Under the pieces are notes generated by a model. The model was not told where the DNA came from. It saw only the letters and a list, made by a program, of their open reading frames with translations, and searched no databases. A program made the position numbers and the translations under genes. Below, one piece after another: positions 28,012 through 42,100 of a stretch of DNA of 64,000 bases. The stretch spans positions 16,368,001 through 16,432,000 of the forward strand of contig CM022679.1 in assembly GCA_012295275.1 (NCBI GenBank), in the 5' to 3' direction. Source of the stretch: Chrysomallon squamiferum (taxonomy: Eukaryota; Animalia; Mollusca). Positions within the stretch are counted from its first letter, which is position 1; every line of letters begins with the position of its first letter.

Positions 28012-29469
28012 TTTTTTTTTTCAATCAACATTAGATTCAATAGGAGAGAATCCACTGAAGTTAAATGTAAACTATCTTTTACTGCTAACTTTGAATGTAT
28101 AATGAATTTTTAAAAATAATTTGAGTCCATAAATTAAATTTTAACACTATCTTGGTTTTATTTCTTGGAAGCCTCTGATGTTTTGGTGTCATGTTTTTAG
28201 CACATTTTTATGTTGCTATTTTATAAGTTTAATTTATTTTTATTATTTTCTTTTAAACAGATGCCTTTTGACAATTATTATTTTCCTTTGTTGATTTCAC
28301 AATGTATAACAAATAAAATAAAAAATACTATTTAAAATAATATTTCTTTATTATTACAATATAATTTCAGGTTGAAATTCCTTGGACCCATTTTGTGGAT
28401 GGTGCTGGTGATATTTACAGCAAAATAAATGAAAAAAAGATTCAGGATGATCAAGATGAACTAAATGTGGAAAAATGCTGGAATAAAGCAAAGCAGTTGG
28501 TAAGTATATATACACTGGTATATAATGTTATGTGTTCATTTAGCATGTAGCATATTCTGTTATATTAATATGCTAAGATAATTAAAGTTTAGTGTTAATA
28601 TTCTTCTAGCAGTTATGAGATCAGAATAATTTAAAATAATATAAATTAAAAAAAATGCCTTAGAAAGGGAAAAAGAAAGCACTTCTTTTTGAATATGGTA
28701 GCCAATTCCTCCTATCTGCCAAACAAATGGATGTCTAAAAAGGTGAATATAATTAAAAGCAAATACGAAATATCATACCTTATTTGCTTCAGTTTTCCAT
28801 TGTTTTAAGTTTTGATATTTTACTACATTTGAAATTAAAAAAAAAATTTTTTGTTCATAAAAGGTAAAAGTTTCATTGTTATTACTTTGTTATAACAAAT
28901 TAAATGTGAAATATCTTATATATATATTTATCTTTGTTTATTTTTGTACAATGGTATTAAATATATTCATGTCCAAACATACCCAAATAATGATTAATTT
29001 TTCTATTTAAAACAAATACAACTGGTCTGTTTTATTAATCTTTAAATTTGTTTTCTTTTTCTTAAATCATTTGTGGTAATCTGATTCTCATAATTAAATA
29101 AAAATTGAAAACCACATCAATGGTTTTTCGATCACAGGTACAGAACCACATTTATCAGAAATAACAACGTTAATAATGATGATCTTTGTATTGATTTAAA
29201 CAAAATTTATTTGTGTGTTGTTCGTTCAGATCAAACTTTAATTCACTTAAAATTCAGATTAAATTAAGAAGTTTCAACAGCAGAATAATAATTGACATGC
29301 ATTTATTTCCATGATTTACAGGATAAAATGGAAGACAAAATAGTAGTTGGAGATGGTTTATCTCTAACCAAGGAAACTGAAGAAAGTATTAAAGGAAAAT
29401 TTGATGGATGGAAAACCTTATATGAGAGAGGTTTAACCAATTACATGGTGACTTGATATTTTCTGAAAT

Positions 29470-29517
<48 letters not shown>

Positions 29518-32500
29518 TTTTTTTTCAATCTACAACAGATTCAATAGGAGAGAATCCACTGAAGTTAAATGTAAACTATCTTTTACTGGTAACTTTGAAT
29601 GTTTAATGAATTTTTAAAAATAATTTGAGTCCATAAATTAAATTTTAACACTATCTTGGTTTTATTTGATGGAAGCCTCTGATGTTTTGGTGTTATGTTT
29701 TTAGCACATTTTTATATTGCTATTTTATAAGTTTAATTTATTTTTATTATTTTCTTTTAAACAGATGCCTTTTGACAATTATGATTTCCCTTTGTTGATT
29801 TCACAATGTGAGACAAATAAAATAAAAAATACTATTTAAAATAATATTTCTTTTATTATTACACTACTATACTTTCAGGCTGAAATTCCTTGGACCCATT
29901 TTGTTGATGGTGCTGGTGATATAAATGAAAAGACGGTTCAGGATGATCAAGATGAACTAAAAATAGAAAAAAGCTGGAATAAAGCAAAGCATTTGGTAAT
30001 TAAATGTACACTAGTATATAATGTTATGTGTTCATTTAGCATGTAGCATACTCTCTTATATTAATATGCTAAGATAATTATAGTTTAGTATTAATATTCT
30101 CTTGGTAGTTATAAGATAAGAATAATTTAAAATAATATAAATACAAAAATACCTTAGAAAGGGAAAAGGAAAGCACTTCTTTTTGAATATGTGATTAGAG
30201 TATCAACTTTGTACATTTTAAAGGCTGATGATGTGATTAAAGGAAAACTGTTTGAAGAAGAAAAAAAACACAGGAAAAAAATAATTGACAAGGTAGCAGG
30301 TCAGTCAGACAAAGTTGATAGGCAGGATGTGGGAGAGAAGCATTATATAAAAGAGGTAAAATTTGTGTTATTGTTATTGCCTATGATTAATAATGATTTA
30401 AAAAGCAGGTGTAAAATTTAAAGTGATATATTATTGAATAAAGGACATTAAATATTATTGAAAAATCACTTATAATTGAATATTGGAAGGAGAATCGACA
30501 CAGTTACATATATAAATTGAAAAAATCAAAACTGATATAACCTTAGTCTCAGATTTGAATAACAATACATTCTCAGAAATATTTATTTAAAACTAACAAA
30601 CAAGACAGAGATCCATTATTTTGATCCGAATGCTTATTTAAGTTATTGCTGGGAAAATATGCATAACAAGCCTAAGCAACAGCTACAAAAAAAAACCATA
30701 GGAAAGAGACCTGACATGTCTGTGCCAATCTGCTTGCAGCAAGATATCTTGATACACAAGGACAGTGGATTTTGTAACCCAGCACATATATTATTATGAA
30801 TGTAATTTTTCTTGGTAGTTAAATATTTTAAGTTGTATTAATGTTTTCTGAAGTATAAGTGTTTATTATGATAATGAACTAAATATAAAAACATAATGGA
30901 GCACTTAATTATTGGTTTCTTTTGTCTGTAGCCAGGTGATTACTTCAAATTCAGTGATGCCTTCAAGGAGCTTCCACAGACAATGAAAGAGATAAAAGAA
31001 AACAAAACAGAATTTGAGAATGAGAATACGGTAATAGTTAAATAAGTAATTCTCGTGTAAGTTGTATTTTTTAAATGGATATCAGTTTAGTTTTTGTTTA
31101 CTCATAATATTCAAGTATTTTAATTTGGATTAAAAACTTAAAACTTAAATAATGTAGATATTTTAAAAATACAGTTTTATTTTCATTTATCTGATACTAT
31201 TTTCTTTTTGTTGTTCATTAATTGTTATGCAACTTAATTTACATTGTTTTGTTTTCAGTTTCAAAACTGGATTATTAATCATGATATGAAAACAAAAAAA
31301 GAAAAGTAAGCAATGTTTGCAAAAATTATTTTTCATTTGTTACTTGTAACAAAAGATTATGTTTAGAAAAGTGAAGAAATTTAACAAATTTATTTTGTTT
31401 TGTTTGGGTGTTATTTATATATGTAATTCATACATACTTTTCTCTATAATTTTCACTGACACATTAAAAGTGTGTGTGTGTATATATATATAACAAAAAT
31501 TTAGAAATCACTTTAAACATAATAACATTTAGTTGTTTTGGCTTTTACATATATAAGAGAACATTGTTAACTTTTTTTTTTTTTTTTGTCCAGACATTAT
31601 GAAGAGAAACAAAAAAAAAAGGAAAGCGATAATAATAATGAGGAAAAATTGATGAATTCCTACATAAAATTTAAGGAACTGGCTTCAAATGTAAACCTTA
31701 AGGTTTGAATATCATAAACATAACAATAAATCAGTTATATATTGAAAGAGACACTTTTAATTTATTTTGGAAGACTGAATAAAAGAAAACGATCTTTAAT
31801 TTTTTAATTTTTTTATTATACATTTACAGATTAATTTTTCAAAATGCTTTTTAATATTATTAAAGTCCATTTATTTCAAAATGTTTTTTCCTTTATCTTT
31901 ACCCATATATAGAAAATGCCTTCCTTTGAAGAATGGAGAAATTGTGTAACATCTCATCGCATTGAAGAAAATGTTGCTAATTTTAAGAAAGAAATCATGT
32001 GTAACCTTCCTCTGTCAGAATTGAAAATCTCTGGGATGAAGGTATAGCTTATATGAAATTGCAGTACTTTTGAAATCAGCAAGGAATAGATCAGGGGGAT
32101 TTTTGTCTGGCCCACCAGTTGAACATTTGGATGCTATTTATTACATTAACTTCATTGTTTTTTCTTTAAACCTCCAGATCAGAGCAGCCTTGCTTCCTAG
32201 AGTGAAGATAGATTTTAGAGAGAGAGATATTGGTGTGTGTGTGTGTGTGTGTGTGTGATACATTTGATATCTTGGCCTCCTCCAAAACACTGTATAGCTG
32301 TCTGGCCCCCTCTGTCCAAAAGGTCTCTGACCCCTGTTATAGATGATTATAAATACACAAAAAAAAAGTAGTTAAATCACTATATTATTTAAAAGAAATG
32401 TTTAAGTAAAAAGTGTATACACAATGTGGGAATTAATGATTGAAATCCAGATCATGAAAACATTTATTTTATCAGTGTTTTATAACCTAATAATCATTTT

Positions 32501-35500
32501 AAGTCTTAAAATTAACAAAACCAAAAATAGAGAAAATACAGTGAAATATTTGAATGAATAAAGAGCTTTAAAATTGACTTTCCTTCATAAATATATATGT
32601 ATGTATATATAGTTTTTCAGTAATATATCTTTCATTTACAAATATTTTTTAACTCATGGCATGATTATAAAATATAATAATGTATATATGCTAAGAGTTT
32701 TTAAATACTAACAAACAGACAATCACAATATTTAAATTAGCATTGTTTTAAACGTATTTCCAGAAAACATATTTAAAAGAATCTACAGAATACACTTTGA
32801 GGAAATAGCTAAATGTTTTTAATATTTTCTTGAGCAAAACTGAAAGAAAATGTATCTGTATTTTGTAGATATCTAAGGATCATATTCGAGATTATACTAA
32901 ATTTATTAAAACCATACGTGAAGTGGATCAGGAAGTGAAAGAAAAACAGACTGAACCTAAAATTGAAACAAAGGTAAAAATTCAATGAGAATGTTTAATT
33001 TAAATTACAAATTAACAAAAGATTAAAATTATTATTTAAATTATTGTTTATATCTAATTAGCCATTTACTGAAAATATGAAATATGTGAAAATATCTCCA
33101 GTCATAAAAACACACTTTACTATGTACTGACATGAACTGTTAAACATTTTAAATTTTTTTTGTTAATATATAATTACTTTCCATTGAATTTCTTTTAAAT
33201 GTAGATGGATGATTACAATCAAATTGTAGCTGCCATAGATCGACTAAAACAGAAACTAAAAGAAACAAAAAGAAAAGAAAAACAACCAGAACATTTGAAT
33301 GATTTTGTAAGAGTTAAATTAGAATTTATCCATGTTGTTTAATAATCTGTAATTAATAGACCTAGGGTAGAAGTCAGTATCTAATTAAGTGGATTTGTTA
33401 ACTGATCATCAAATTTTCATTGTCATACAGATGGAATAATTACTTGTTTTAATTTAATTATCCAGCTCATTTGAAATAGTAAATGTTTTCTGATTTGTAA
33501 AATATTTTTCAAACACAGATTATATTCTATTTGAATCATATGCTTAGCTTTAATTCCAAAGTAAGATGAGAAAATTTTTGACAGCTATTAAAACAGAGTA
33601 GAAATAAAAATCTACTAGAAGTTATAATTTTAATAATTCTGCTATTTCAGTCCTGCTTAAGTGAAGAAGAGAAAAGGGCAGTGGAGTTTCGTAAAGACTA
33701 TGATAAGGATTTTAAAGAACGACGTGCCTGGCTGGATCAGCAAATTAAAGACAACTCTGCCAGACAACTCTACAAGTCAGTATACACTCCTTAACAATTT
33801 TATAATTATTTTAAGTCTGTAGTTTGAGTAAAAATGACTTTGCATACTGAAAATTAAATATAGTGGCGAAATCATTGCAACAATAACTGATTAGGCCAAA
33901 AGACTAACTTCTTCTTCTTTATTTCTATTTTTAAAATTTTACAAGGTTTTTATTTTATTAATTTTATTGTTACAGATTTGTGCATTCTTTTCAAATAACA
34001 CCATTATTCAGAAAAGCATTTTTGATTATTTTAATAACTATTTATTAATGTAATATTAAAGAGCACTTTAAAATTTATTAATACTTCTTTACTTTTCCGT
34101 TTTGGCACAAGAAGAGAATCTCTGAATGCAGAGGGAAAAAGAAATTTGTTGACAAGCATGAATAAGACTGATTTTGAACAAATTAAATGCGATACGAAAA
34201 GATTTAACAACTCAGAAATTAAATACACAATTGACTCAGGTGCAGCCAAATGCAGGATGGAGATGCAGAAAGCCAAATCTTACAAGGACACATGTGAGGC
34301 AAAATGCAACAAGGAGATGATTAACATAAAACCCTGTGTGTATCCATCTCTGGAAAACTTAAAGAATAAAAATCTTAAAGAATGTTCATATATTGAAAAA
34401 AGGAATGGGATAATGACTCATTCTATTATGGATCGGATATCTGGATACTTTGAAAGAAGACTTGCTGAACTGTTGGCTGGAGGTATGTATGGTCATAATA
34501 ATTACATTGTAAACATTTCTTGCAATATTTTCTTTTAGAACCACCATCAGTCATCCTTACAATAAAATCATTTATTTTATTCTAGAAGGTCCATCATGTT
34601 TATGTAAACAACATCTCAAAGAAACAGTTTTCAGCTGAAAGTACAAATGTTGTAAAGTAGATAAACTGATAGTCCTAAATGTGACAACTTAAAATTTCTA
34701 ATTACAACAATTATTCAGTATTTTGAATAAGACTTGAGGTATTTTTGAAAAACATTTAATTCATCATTTTATTTGTAAACTGATAATCAGGAGATTTTTT
34801 CTTTTTAATTAATTTCTTTTAGATAATGAAAAAGAACCTCTTACGAATTCTGAAAAGACCAAACAAAAGAAATCTCATGTAGATACAGTAATGTTGGATT
34901 GGAGATCACCAGATATCAAAGTTAAAATGTGCTATTGAAATAAACTTTTATTTTCTTAAAGCAATTTACTTTATACATACTGAGTGTATATTGCAGTACT
35001 TTATTTTTTTTTTTTTAATTTTATAAAGAAAGAAATTGAAATTCGATGGAAGTATAAATATATCACAGTTTCATAAATGTCTCTATTGTTGCTATTGTAA
35101 AATTTTAAATAATAATAATAATAATAATACAATGGGTGGAACAGTAAATTGTTTTGTAGGAAGTTATTTCAATATTTTATAATTAAAAACAAACATTTTG
35201 GATAAAACATTTAAATTATTCCATTTGATATGAATAATAACCTTATAAACTTATTAATATCTAAAAATTCAGTAGTTGGAAATTTTTCATTGACTGTTAT
35301 TTCAAAATTTGGTCATAGGTTTATATCATGGATATCACATCCTGCTGCTGACTTTACTGCAGTATTTTATTTTTAGAAAAATGTGGATACATATTTAAGT
35401 TACTGCATATCACACATATGTACGTTTATAAATTTAGCATTACATAAATTTTTATATCTATAATTTGATCTGTAGAGAATTTTTCAGATGGTTTTACTGC

Positions 35501-36584
35501 CTGATAATAATAATTTACCTTTATTTTATTATAACATTAATGAATTTGATGTGTATGTGCTTTATGTTATTGCAACATTATATTTTTTTTAAAATGAAGT
35601 AAAATAATAATAAAATAATCTTTTCTTTTAAGATTCCCTGTTTAAATATATAGCATTTTATTATTTATATATATTGTAATATAGGGAAATTTACCAGGAT
35701 TTTATTCCAATATTTTGATTCACATAAAAAAAATCTTTAAAAAAAAATAATCTTTTTCTTTGTGTGAGTGTGTATTTTATATCTTTTTAAAATAAATAAT
35801 TATATTTTGAGTTTCATAAACTTTACCTGCATGAAATTTATTTTTGAAAACGAATAATAATAAAAAAAATATAAAAAAGTGTAATAAAACATTTGGTGAT
35901 GTATGTTTTATCTATTTTTTTTTTTTTTTTTTAAATAATAAATAAAATAGGAATTGTTTTTTTAATGCTTCATAAATATTTAAATACCTGTACTTTCACT
36001 GTAGGTTTACAACTATATATTGATTTAAAAAAAAGGAAAATCTATTTTCTTTGTGTGTGTGTGTCTGTGAGTGTGTGCGTGTTCTTTCGTTTCACATTAA
36101 AAAATATATATACATATTTCCATAAATATAAATATAGTGTATGTAGATGTGATTCAAATGAAAAAAAAAATAAAAATAAAAATAAATATACAATATATTA
36201 TTTTGATTATTTATAAAGTTGCTTTTTTCAATCAAATAATTTTTATTTATATGCATATTTTAGATAATGTATAATACTAATTCATTAGTTACTTTATGTA
36301 CTTTATATTTTCAAAAATTGAATACCAAATGTTTTGTGCTGGATTATCAAAATTATTAAATTACATTACCATGTTGACCTGTACCATTGATACAGTCTGA
36401 TCTTTACTTGGTGAATGTTAAATCAGTTGGTTCACTTTCAATGATCTTAATTATTATAAACTGATCTGATTTATTTGTGGAGGCTCCAAATTTTAAAGTA
36501 AACAACTTTTAATAAATATTTCTTCAGATTATTTTCAAGGAGCCCAGAAAGCTGGCACATAAGAAAGCAGATGATGTTATTTAG
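22421..36584 (+). CDS. Uncharacterised K/E-rich protein (~950-980 aa, ~25 exons) with an internal triplicated exon pair
   Basis: Phase-consistent GT-AG exons: 22421(or 22508)-22563, 23574-23631, 23924-23954, 24222-24262, 24466-24511, 24729-24893, 25176-25231, 25400-25676 (one extra base), 26118-26243, 26631-26759, 27809-27934, 28371-28499, 29322-29447, 29879-29995, 30224-30355, 30932-31030, 31259-31305, 31594-31702, 31913-32041, 32869-32973, 33205-33306, 33651-33775, 34112-34482, 34823-34920, 36528-36584 (alternative stop at 34938). No domain recognised. Confidence 0.75.
23643..23721 (+). repeat. Short intronic tandem duplication (~38 bp x2)
   Basis: TTACAGTAAATAAGTTAAATAATTATTTT(T)AGATATCAA repeated twice. 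Confidence 0.85.
25633..30190 (+). repeat. Tandem triplication of a 1.3-1.7 kb intragenic unit (~25633-26959, ~26960-28699, ~28700-30190)
   Basis: Near-identical intron and exon sequence three times; each unit has exon A (DKMEDKIVVGDG...TNYM) and exon B (V/AEIPWTHF...WNKAKQ/HL); junctions GAATATGGT|AGCCAATTCCT. Confidence 0.95.
32092..32336. mobile_element. Small hAT-like MITE
   Basis: CAGGGG...CCCCTG termini; flanks GAATAGAT / TTATAGAT (6/8 match, decayed 8-bp TSD); internal repeated GTCTGGCCC and a (GT)n tract. Confidence 0.5.
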
Positions 36585-37206
36585 CACACACATTTACACA
36601 TGCAACGATGAAACCATGTACAAATGTCTTGGGCATTTCCATAATTTAAATGAATATGTTATTTGTTAATTTATTATTGTTTGTTTGTTTGCATGACCTG
36701 AAAATACTGGATATTTTTATAAGCAATCAATGTACTGATTGAATACTGTTTTGATTTATATGTATTAAAAAAGAAACTTACGTGATGGGCTCACCTTGAA
36801 CATATATATTTCATACTGGAAAAGATTTGTCGGAATGAAAATAACAGTACGATATTCTATTATTGTTAGCAATTATTGCAATCTATAATGTACACAAATT
36901 CCTCCTGGCTCACTGTTACTGTGTAATAAAATGATGATTGTCAGGTTGTATATTAATAATGGTGCATAATAAACATCTTAACACTGTAATTAAAATAACA
37001 ACAAACAATATTCATTGTTGTGTTTTTTTGTTTTGTTGTTTTTTTCATTTAGTTTTTAAATAAACAAACATAGAACATAATGACAAATAGGTACATACAT
37101 ATATGGTTTGGATGCAAACAATGGGGGAAAAGGAAACCAATAATGCATTAAAATACAAATATGTTGTACATTAAAAAAAATGACACTTTTAATTTATATT
37201 TATTTA

Positions 37207-37217
37207 TTTATTTTAAT

Positions 37218-37302
<85 letters not shown>

Positions 37303-37315
37303 TATATACATACAC
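37207..37315. repeat. (TA)n/(CA)n compound microsatellite
   Basis: Long TA run with CA flanks directly visible; a second (TA)n run lies at ~37555-37607. Confidence 0.9.
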
Positions 37316-37551
37316 ACAATTCTATTTACACATTAATTAACAAGTTTAATGTTGGTGTATAAAATTCAGTCGGGTTTTGTTACAGCTGATTTGCGTAGTT
37401 TAAAAGGGTGAGCTATTTTGGAAAAGATAACAGTGGGAAGACAAACTTAAATGCAATTTCTGTGACATGATTTGTACCTGAAAAATTCAATGAATAATAA
37501 TACAATCCTCCCCCCTCATCATCCCCCTAAATAAGCATGTCGAAATATATT

Positions 37552-37610
<59 letters not shown>

Positions 37611-39172
37611 AATTTAAAATAATTAAATTCAAGTGTCAAGCGATCACAATTCTTTTAAAAATTATCAAACACTGCAACAATATTAACTGTAAATTTGCCA
37701 CCCTGACCTAAGTTTTTTCTCCAGATCAATTATCATTTCATAAATTTTTAACATTTAACATTGTAAAATATTACAAATACATCTTCTTCAAAACATTACA
37801 CTGATAATCTTAATAATATACTACTATAAAAATATTTTATCATACACACTTATTTTTCTACATAAATTACATCCTGTTATATAATTCATTAAGGATATAT
37901 TTATTTTTAATTTGTTCTCTTTTTCCTTTTCTTTTGTTTAAATAAAAAGTGAGAAAAACGTTCTGTAAAAATGTCATCTTTCACTAACAGTTACATTTCA
38001 AAAACAGAAGATCCGGTGCATTGTCAGTATTACATCTAAAATTACAACAGAAAAAAAAACAAACCTGTTATAAAAATGTCATATTCATAATTTCGTCATT
38101 ATTTGATATTTATATATTAAAAATTTGTTAAATAGTAAAATAATCAGTTTTTTTTTTACAAGAAATGTCCTATAACAAACCTGTTCACATTATTTAAACC
38201 CTAGAACATTTTACTTTACAAACTGAATTTAAAGCTATAATTCAGAAATTTTTATTAAGGATGAAAAGGAGAATGCTTTTTTGTTTTTCTGTAACCAATG
38301 CTAAAAAAAAAATTCTTTTGGAGGAAGAGTTCTATAACAATTGTATCATAATAATACAGATTACAATTTTATCACAATAATTAACTATTCAAATCTTTAA
38401 TTTCTTTTTAAAATTATAATAATAAATCAAGCAATCTGAGGAGTAAATTATGTGATATCATTGTCAATGATATCTCTAATTTAGTTAATAAAATGTAAAT
38501 AATTTTTTTTGGAAATATAAATTAAATACTATTTAGTCAGTGAGATGCATTACTTCTCAGAATTTTAATCTAAGTGCTTGTTATTACAGTTTGCAGTCAA
38601 AGAAATGTAACAGTTTAGCTTTGCCTGAAACAAAGGCCAAATGTATTAGAATCTACACTAAAATATAATATACATAATTTTCTGATATATTATTTCTTGG
38701 ATAATATTAAAAAGGTATACAGGATAATAAAACCCATAAATGAAAATGTTTTTATGAATACTGCTGCCTCCAGAGTGAGTATCAATAATTAAATTTGTAG
38801 CTGAAACCATTTTAGAAAATATGTTATGCAATAAATAAATATATTGTTGTTGGACATATTCAGCAGCAAACAGGCTGCAAATAAAGAAATTCAAACCAAA
38901 AACCACCCAGAAGATATTAAAAAATAATTTTGCACAACAATGTATGACTGATAACAAGGTGCAAATTCCTTTCAGTGAACAGTAACAAAACAATGAAAGG
39001 AAAATACTTTTAAAAAGAGCACCATATAACAATTTATCCATCTTCATACTGGACAATGTTCTACAAGTCATTATTAATAAAAATAAAAATTGCCATTCTA
39101 TAATCCAGAAAGTAAAATATATGCATCATCAAACTGAAGAATGTTCTTCATTTCAAACAATGAGAACACCTG

Positions 39173-42100
39173 TTAATGGCTGTATCTGTGCTGATGCCCA
39201 TAACTGCTGGGATAATGTTTATGGTTGTGACCACCTTTTGTCTGGTATCTTTTCCAGTTACCAGGATGAGAACTTCCACTGTAGCTGTGATGGGAGGAAT
39301 TGCTGCTTCTGTGGCTGAAGTGATTGCTGCTGCTGTGGCTGGAGTGATAACTGCTAGCATGGTTGGAGTGAAAACTGCTAGCATGGCTGCCATGATGACC
39401 ATTCCGCTGGCTTGAATGCTGATGTCCTCCACTGAAATGATCTGGTGTTGAATGACTCTGAAAAAGATCACACAATAAAATCGATTTACAAATCTTTTTA
39501 GACAAATTTCATTGTCATATCTTTAAACAAAAGAATAGTGTAATGCACATATTGATCTTTAACAATAATGACAGGATTTTAGAATGTTTTTACGAAGGGT
39601 CCCATAATGAAGCAAATTCTGAAGTTAATTCAGTAAAACTTTTAATCACAATGAAATTAAGACTCAGATTGTAACAGTATTTCAAACAACAGCAAAAATA
39701 AAATTTCTTTATTATTTTTTTTTTTATTTTTTTTAAATCCCTGATTCAGAAACTGTCATGTTAATATTAATTTATAATCCATTGATATGCTCAGTTTTTG
39801 TTTATGGTGTTTATGCATGTACCTTCCCAGATGTTCTCTCATCCAGCATTTGTTGGAATGGATTATGGTTAAAATTTGTCTCCAAGGAATGTTTTCTCAC
39901 TTTCTTTATCTAAAAATAAAAATAATTTATTGTGGAATAACACAAAAAGATCTACGTATGTGTAATATATAAACATTTCTTAAACAGAATATTTGAACAG
40001 TAATATTCATATTACAAAAATTTTGACTTTTCACATTTATTATCTGTATGCATTAGCAATAATGATGTCACATATGAAAGAAAAATGGGAACTTTCAAGA
40101 GCTTTTTACAGTACTGTTCTGTTTATTACAAACAAATGTTTCTGAGCAGTGCAGACCATCACCTGAAAGTATAGAAATCATTCAAATAAACACAACTGGT
40201 TTGCAAGCAGGTGACATCAAGTCTAATTATATAGGGTTGGTATTCCACATTATTACATATGTTTTATAAAATTCTTTTCTACACACCCTTCCAGCATCTA
40301 ATTCCTCATCATAGTCATCCTCTCTCTGTTTCTTTCTACTGCTCTGTACTTCTTTTTCCACCTCCTGGTCAAGATGACTAGCACCTCCTTCCCATGATGG
40401 AACTAAAATTAAATATTTTTAAATATATTTTAATATATTAACCTGCTTTTTGGTTATCAGGAGCTTTTAACATTTAAAATAAATGACTATAATATTATTT
40501 TATTTAAAACTCAAACAGTTAAAATATTTCACTGAAATACTAAATTATACATTTATTTAATGGTTATCGAGTTGATTATATGTACAGTGTCATATAAACC
40601 ACAGAATAATTTGTTTATCTTACCTGATGACCCATATCCTTTAATAGAGGAGTTCTTCTCTAGTTCAGCAGCTACTTTGGAAAACTTACTGCCATCCCAA
40701 ATGGTCCCAACAGGCTTGGGACCTCCATTTCTAGAATTTGAATAGTAGTCCCATGTCTGCTCAGCTACTGAAATCAACCCAGATATAACAGATTATTTAT
40801 TATGTATAATAATTAATATTGATTATTTTTTAATTTTAATAAATAAAACTTTTTTAATTTCAATGATATAAACTACAGTGTTTGTCAGAATGAATTTTAA
40901 GCAGAAGACCAAATCAAATAAATACTGAAAATTAATAAATAAAAATGAATTTTTTTTGTTTTATGCTCACTTTGTTTAGCACTGGCCACTGTATTACTGC
41001 TGCTGACAATGGTTTCTTTGGTTTTCTCAACCCATATGTAATCCAAAGAGCTGGAATCGTCCTGTTTCTTTTCAGACTGTTCATCACTGTCTGAGTGATG
41101 TGCATGCTTTTCTTTTTCCTTTTTGTGTTTGTGTTTCTTTTTTTTCTTCTTATGTTTTTTCAGTGAGGTGTCCAGTTCAGAGTTTTCATTTATTAGTTCT
41201 TTGTATTTGTGTTTATTTTTTTTATGTCTTTTATGTTTTTTAACTTTCTTTGACAGGTGATCCTCCAATGGGGATTCTAAAAGCAGTGGCTGTTTATCAG
41301 AACAGCTTATGTGGTTGCCATTAGAAATAGCTGCCACAGTTTCTGTCATTTTATCTGATGACGAATGTGTTTTTTTGCTGCCTTCTTTATGAAATGGCAA
41401 TTTCAGTTTTGCCAAACAGCCAACAGTTTCATTTTTGTTAGAATGTTCAGAAAGATAGCTATCACCATTTTCCTTACTGTTTTTATTCAGCAATGAGTGT
41501 CCATTCAGGCCGTCCTGATTGAATGGTAATTTCATCTTTACTTCACATACAGTTTCATCATTTCTCCCAATATCCGCTTTATCACAGATGTTTTCTTCAC
41601 TTACATTGCTTAGTATTGTTTGATGTGTTGCAAGTTGTATTTTGGATGATGGCTTTTGTATCACTGTGGATTCCTGCAATATATTTTCAGTCAATAATTG
41701 AGTTTCATTATTTTCACCACCATCATCTTTAAAACTTATATCATTCTGTTTCAATATTGACCCTTCTTTTTCAGCTTCTAGATAATTTGAGTCTGTAGAG
41801 ATATATTTTCTTTCTCTAGACTGACTGGTGCTGGAAGCTCCATTATTTCCTCGCCTGGAACAAGATTCTCGCTCGGAACAAGATTCTCGCTCCTGATCAT
41901 GGGTCACAAGCCATTCAGTAGTAGAGTTTACACTTGTTGTACTGGAACATGAACCAATAGATGGACTGGGTTCCAGTTCCTGGTCTTCCACATGCCAAAT
42001 TGAATTCTGGCCTGACTTGGTGCTACAAGAAACAATATTTGCATCTGTTTTTGAAACAAGAGTGTGTGTTTTATTTGTCTTTCCTAGAACAAAGTCTTTT

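Noticed and set aside
35000-39100. Short ORFs in the AT-rich spacer/3' UTRs (35965, 37180, 38658)
   Set aside because: Low-complexity or microsatellite translations without splice support.
39121-39471. Hydrophobic Ala/Val/Met-rich ORFs (39176-39415 +, 39148-39471 -, 39121-39318 +)
   Set aside because: Shadow frames of the repetitive His/Ser USP36 last exon; the splice phase selects the His/Ser frame.
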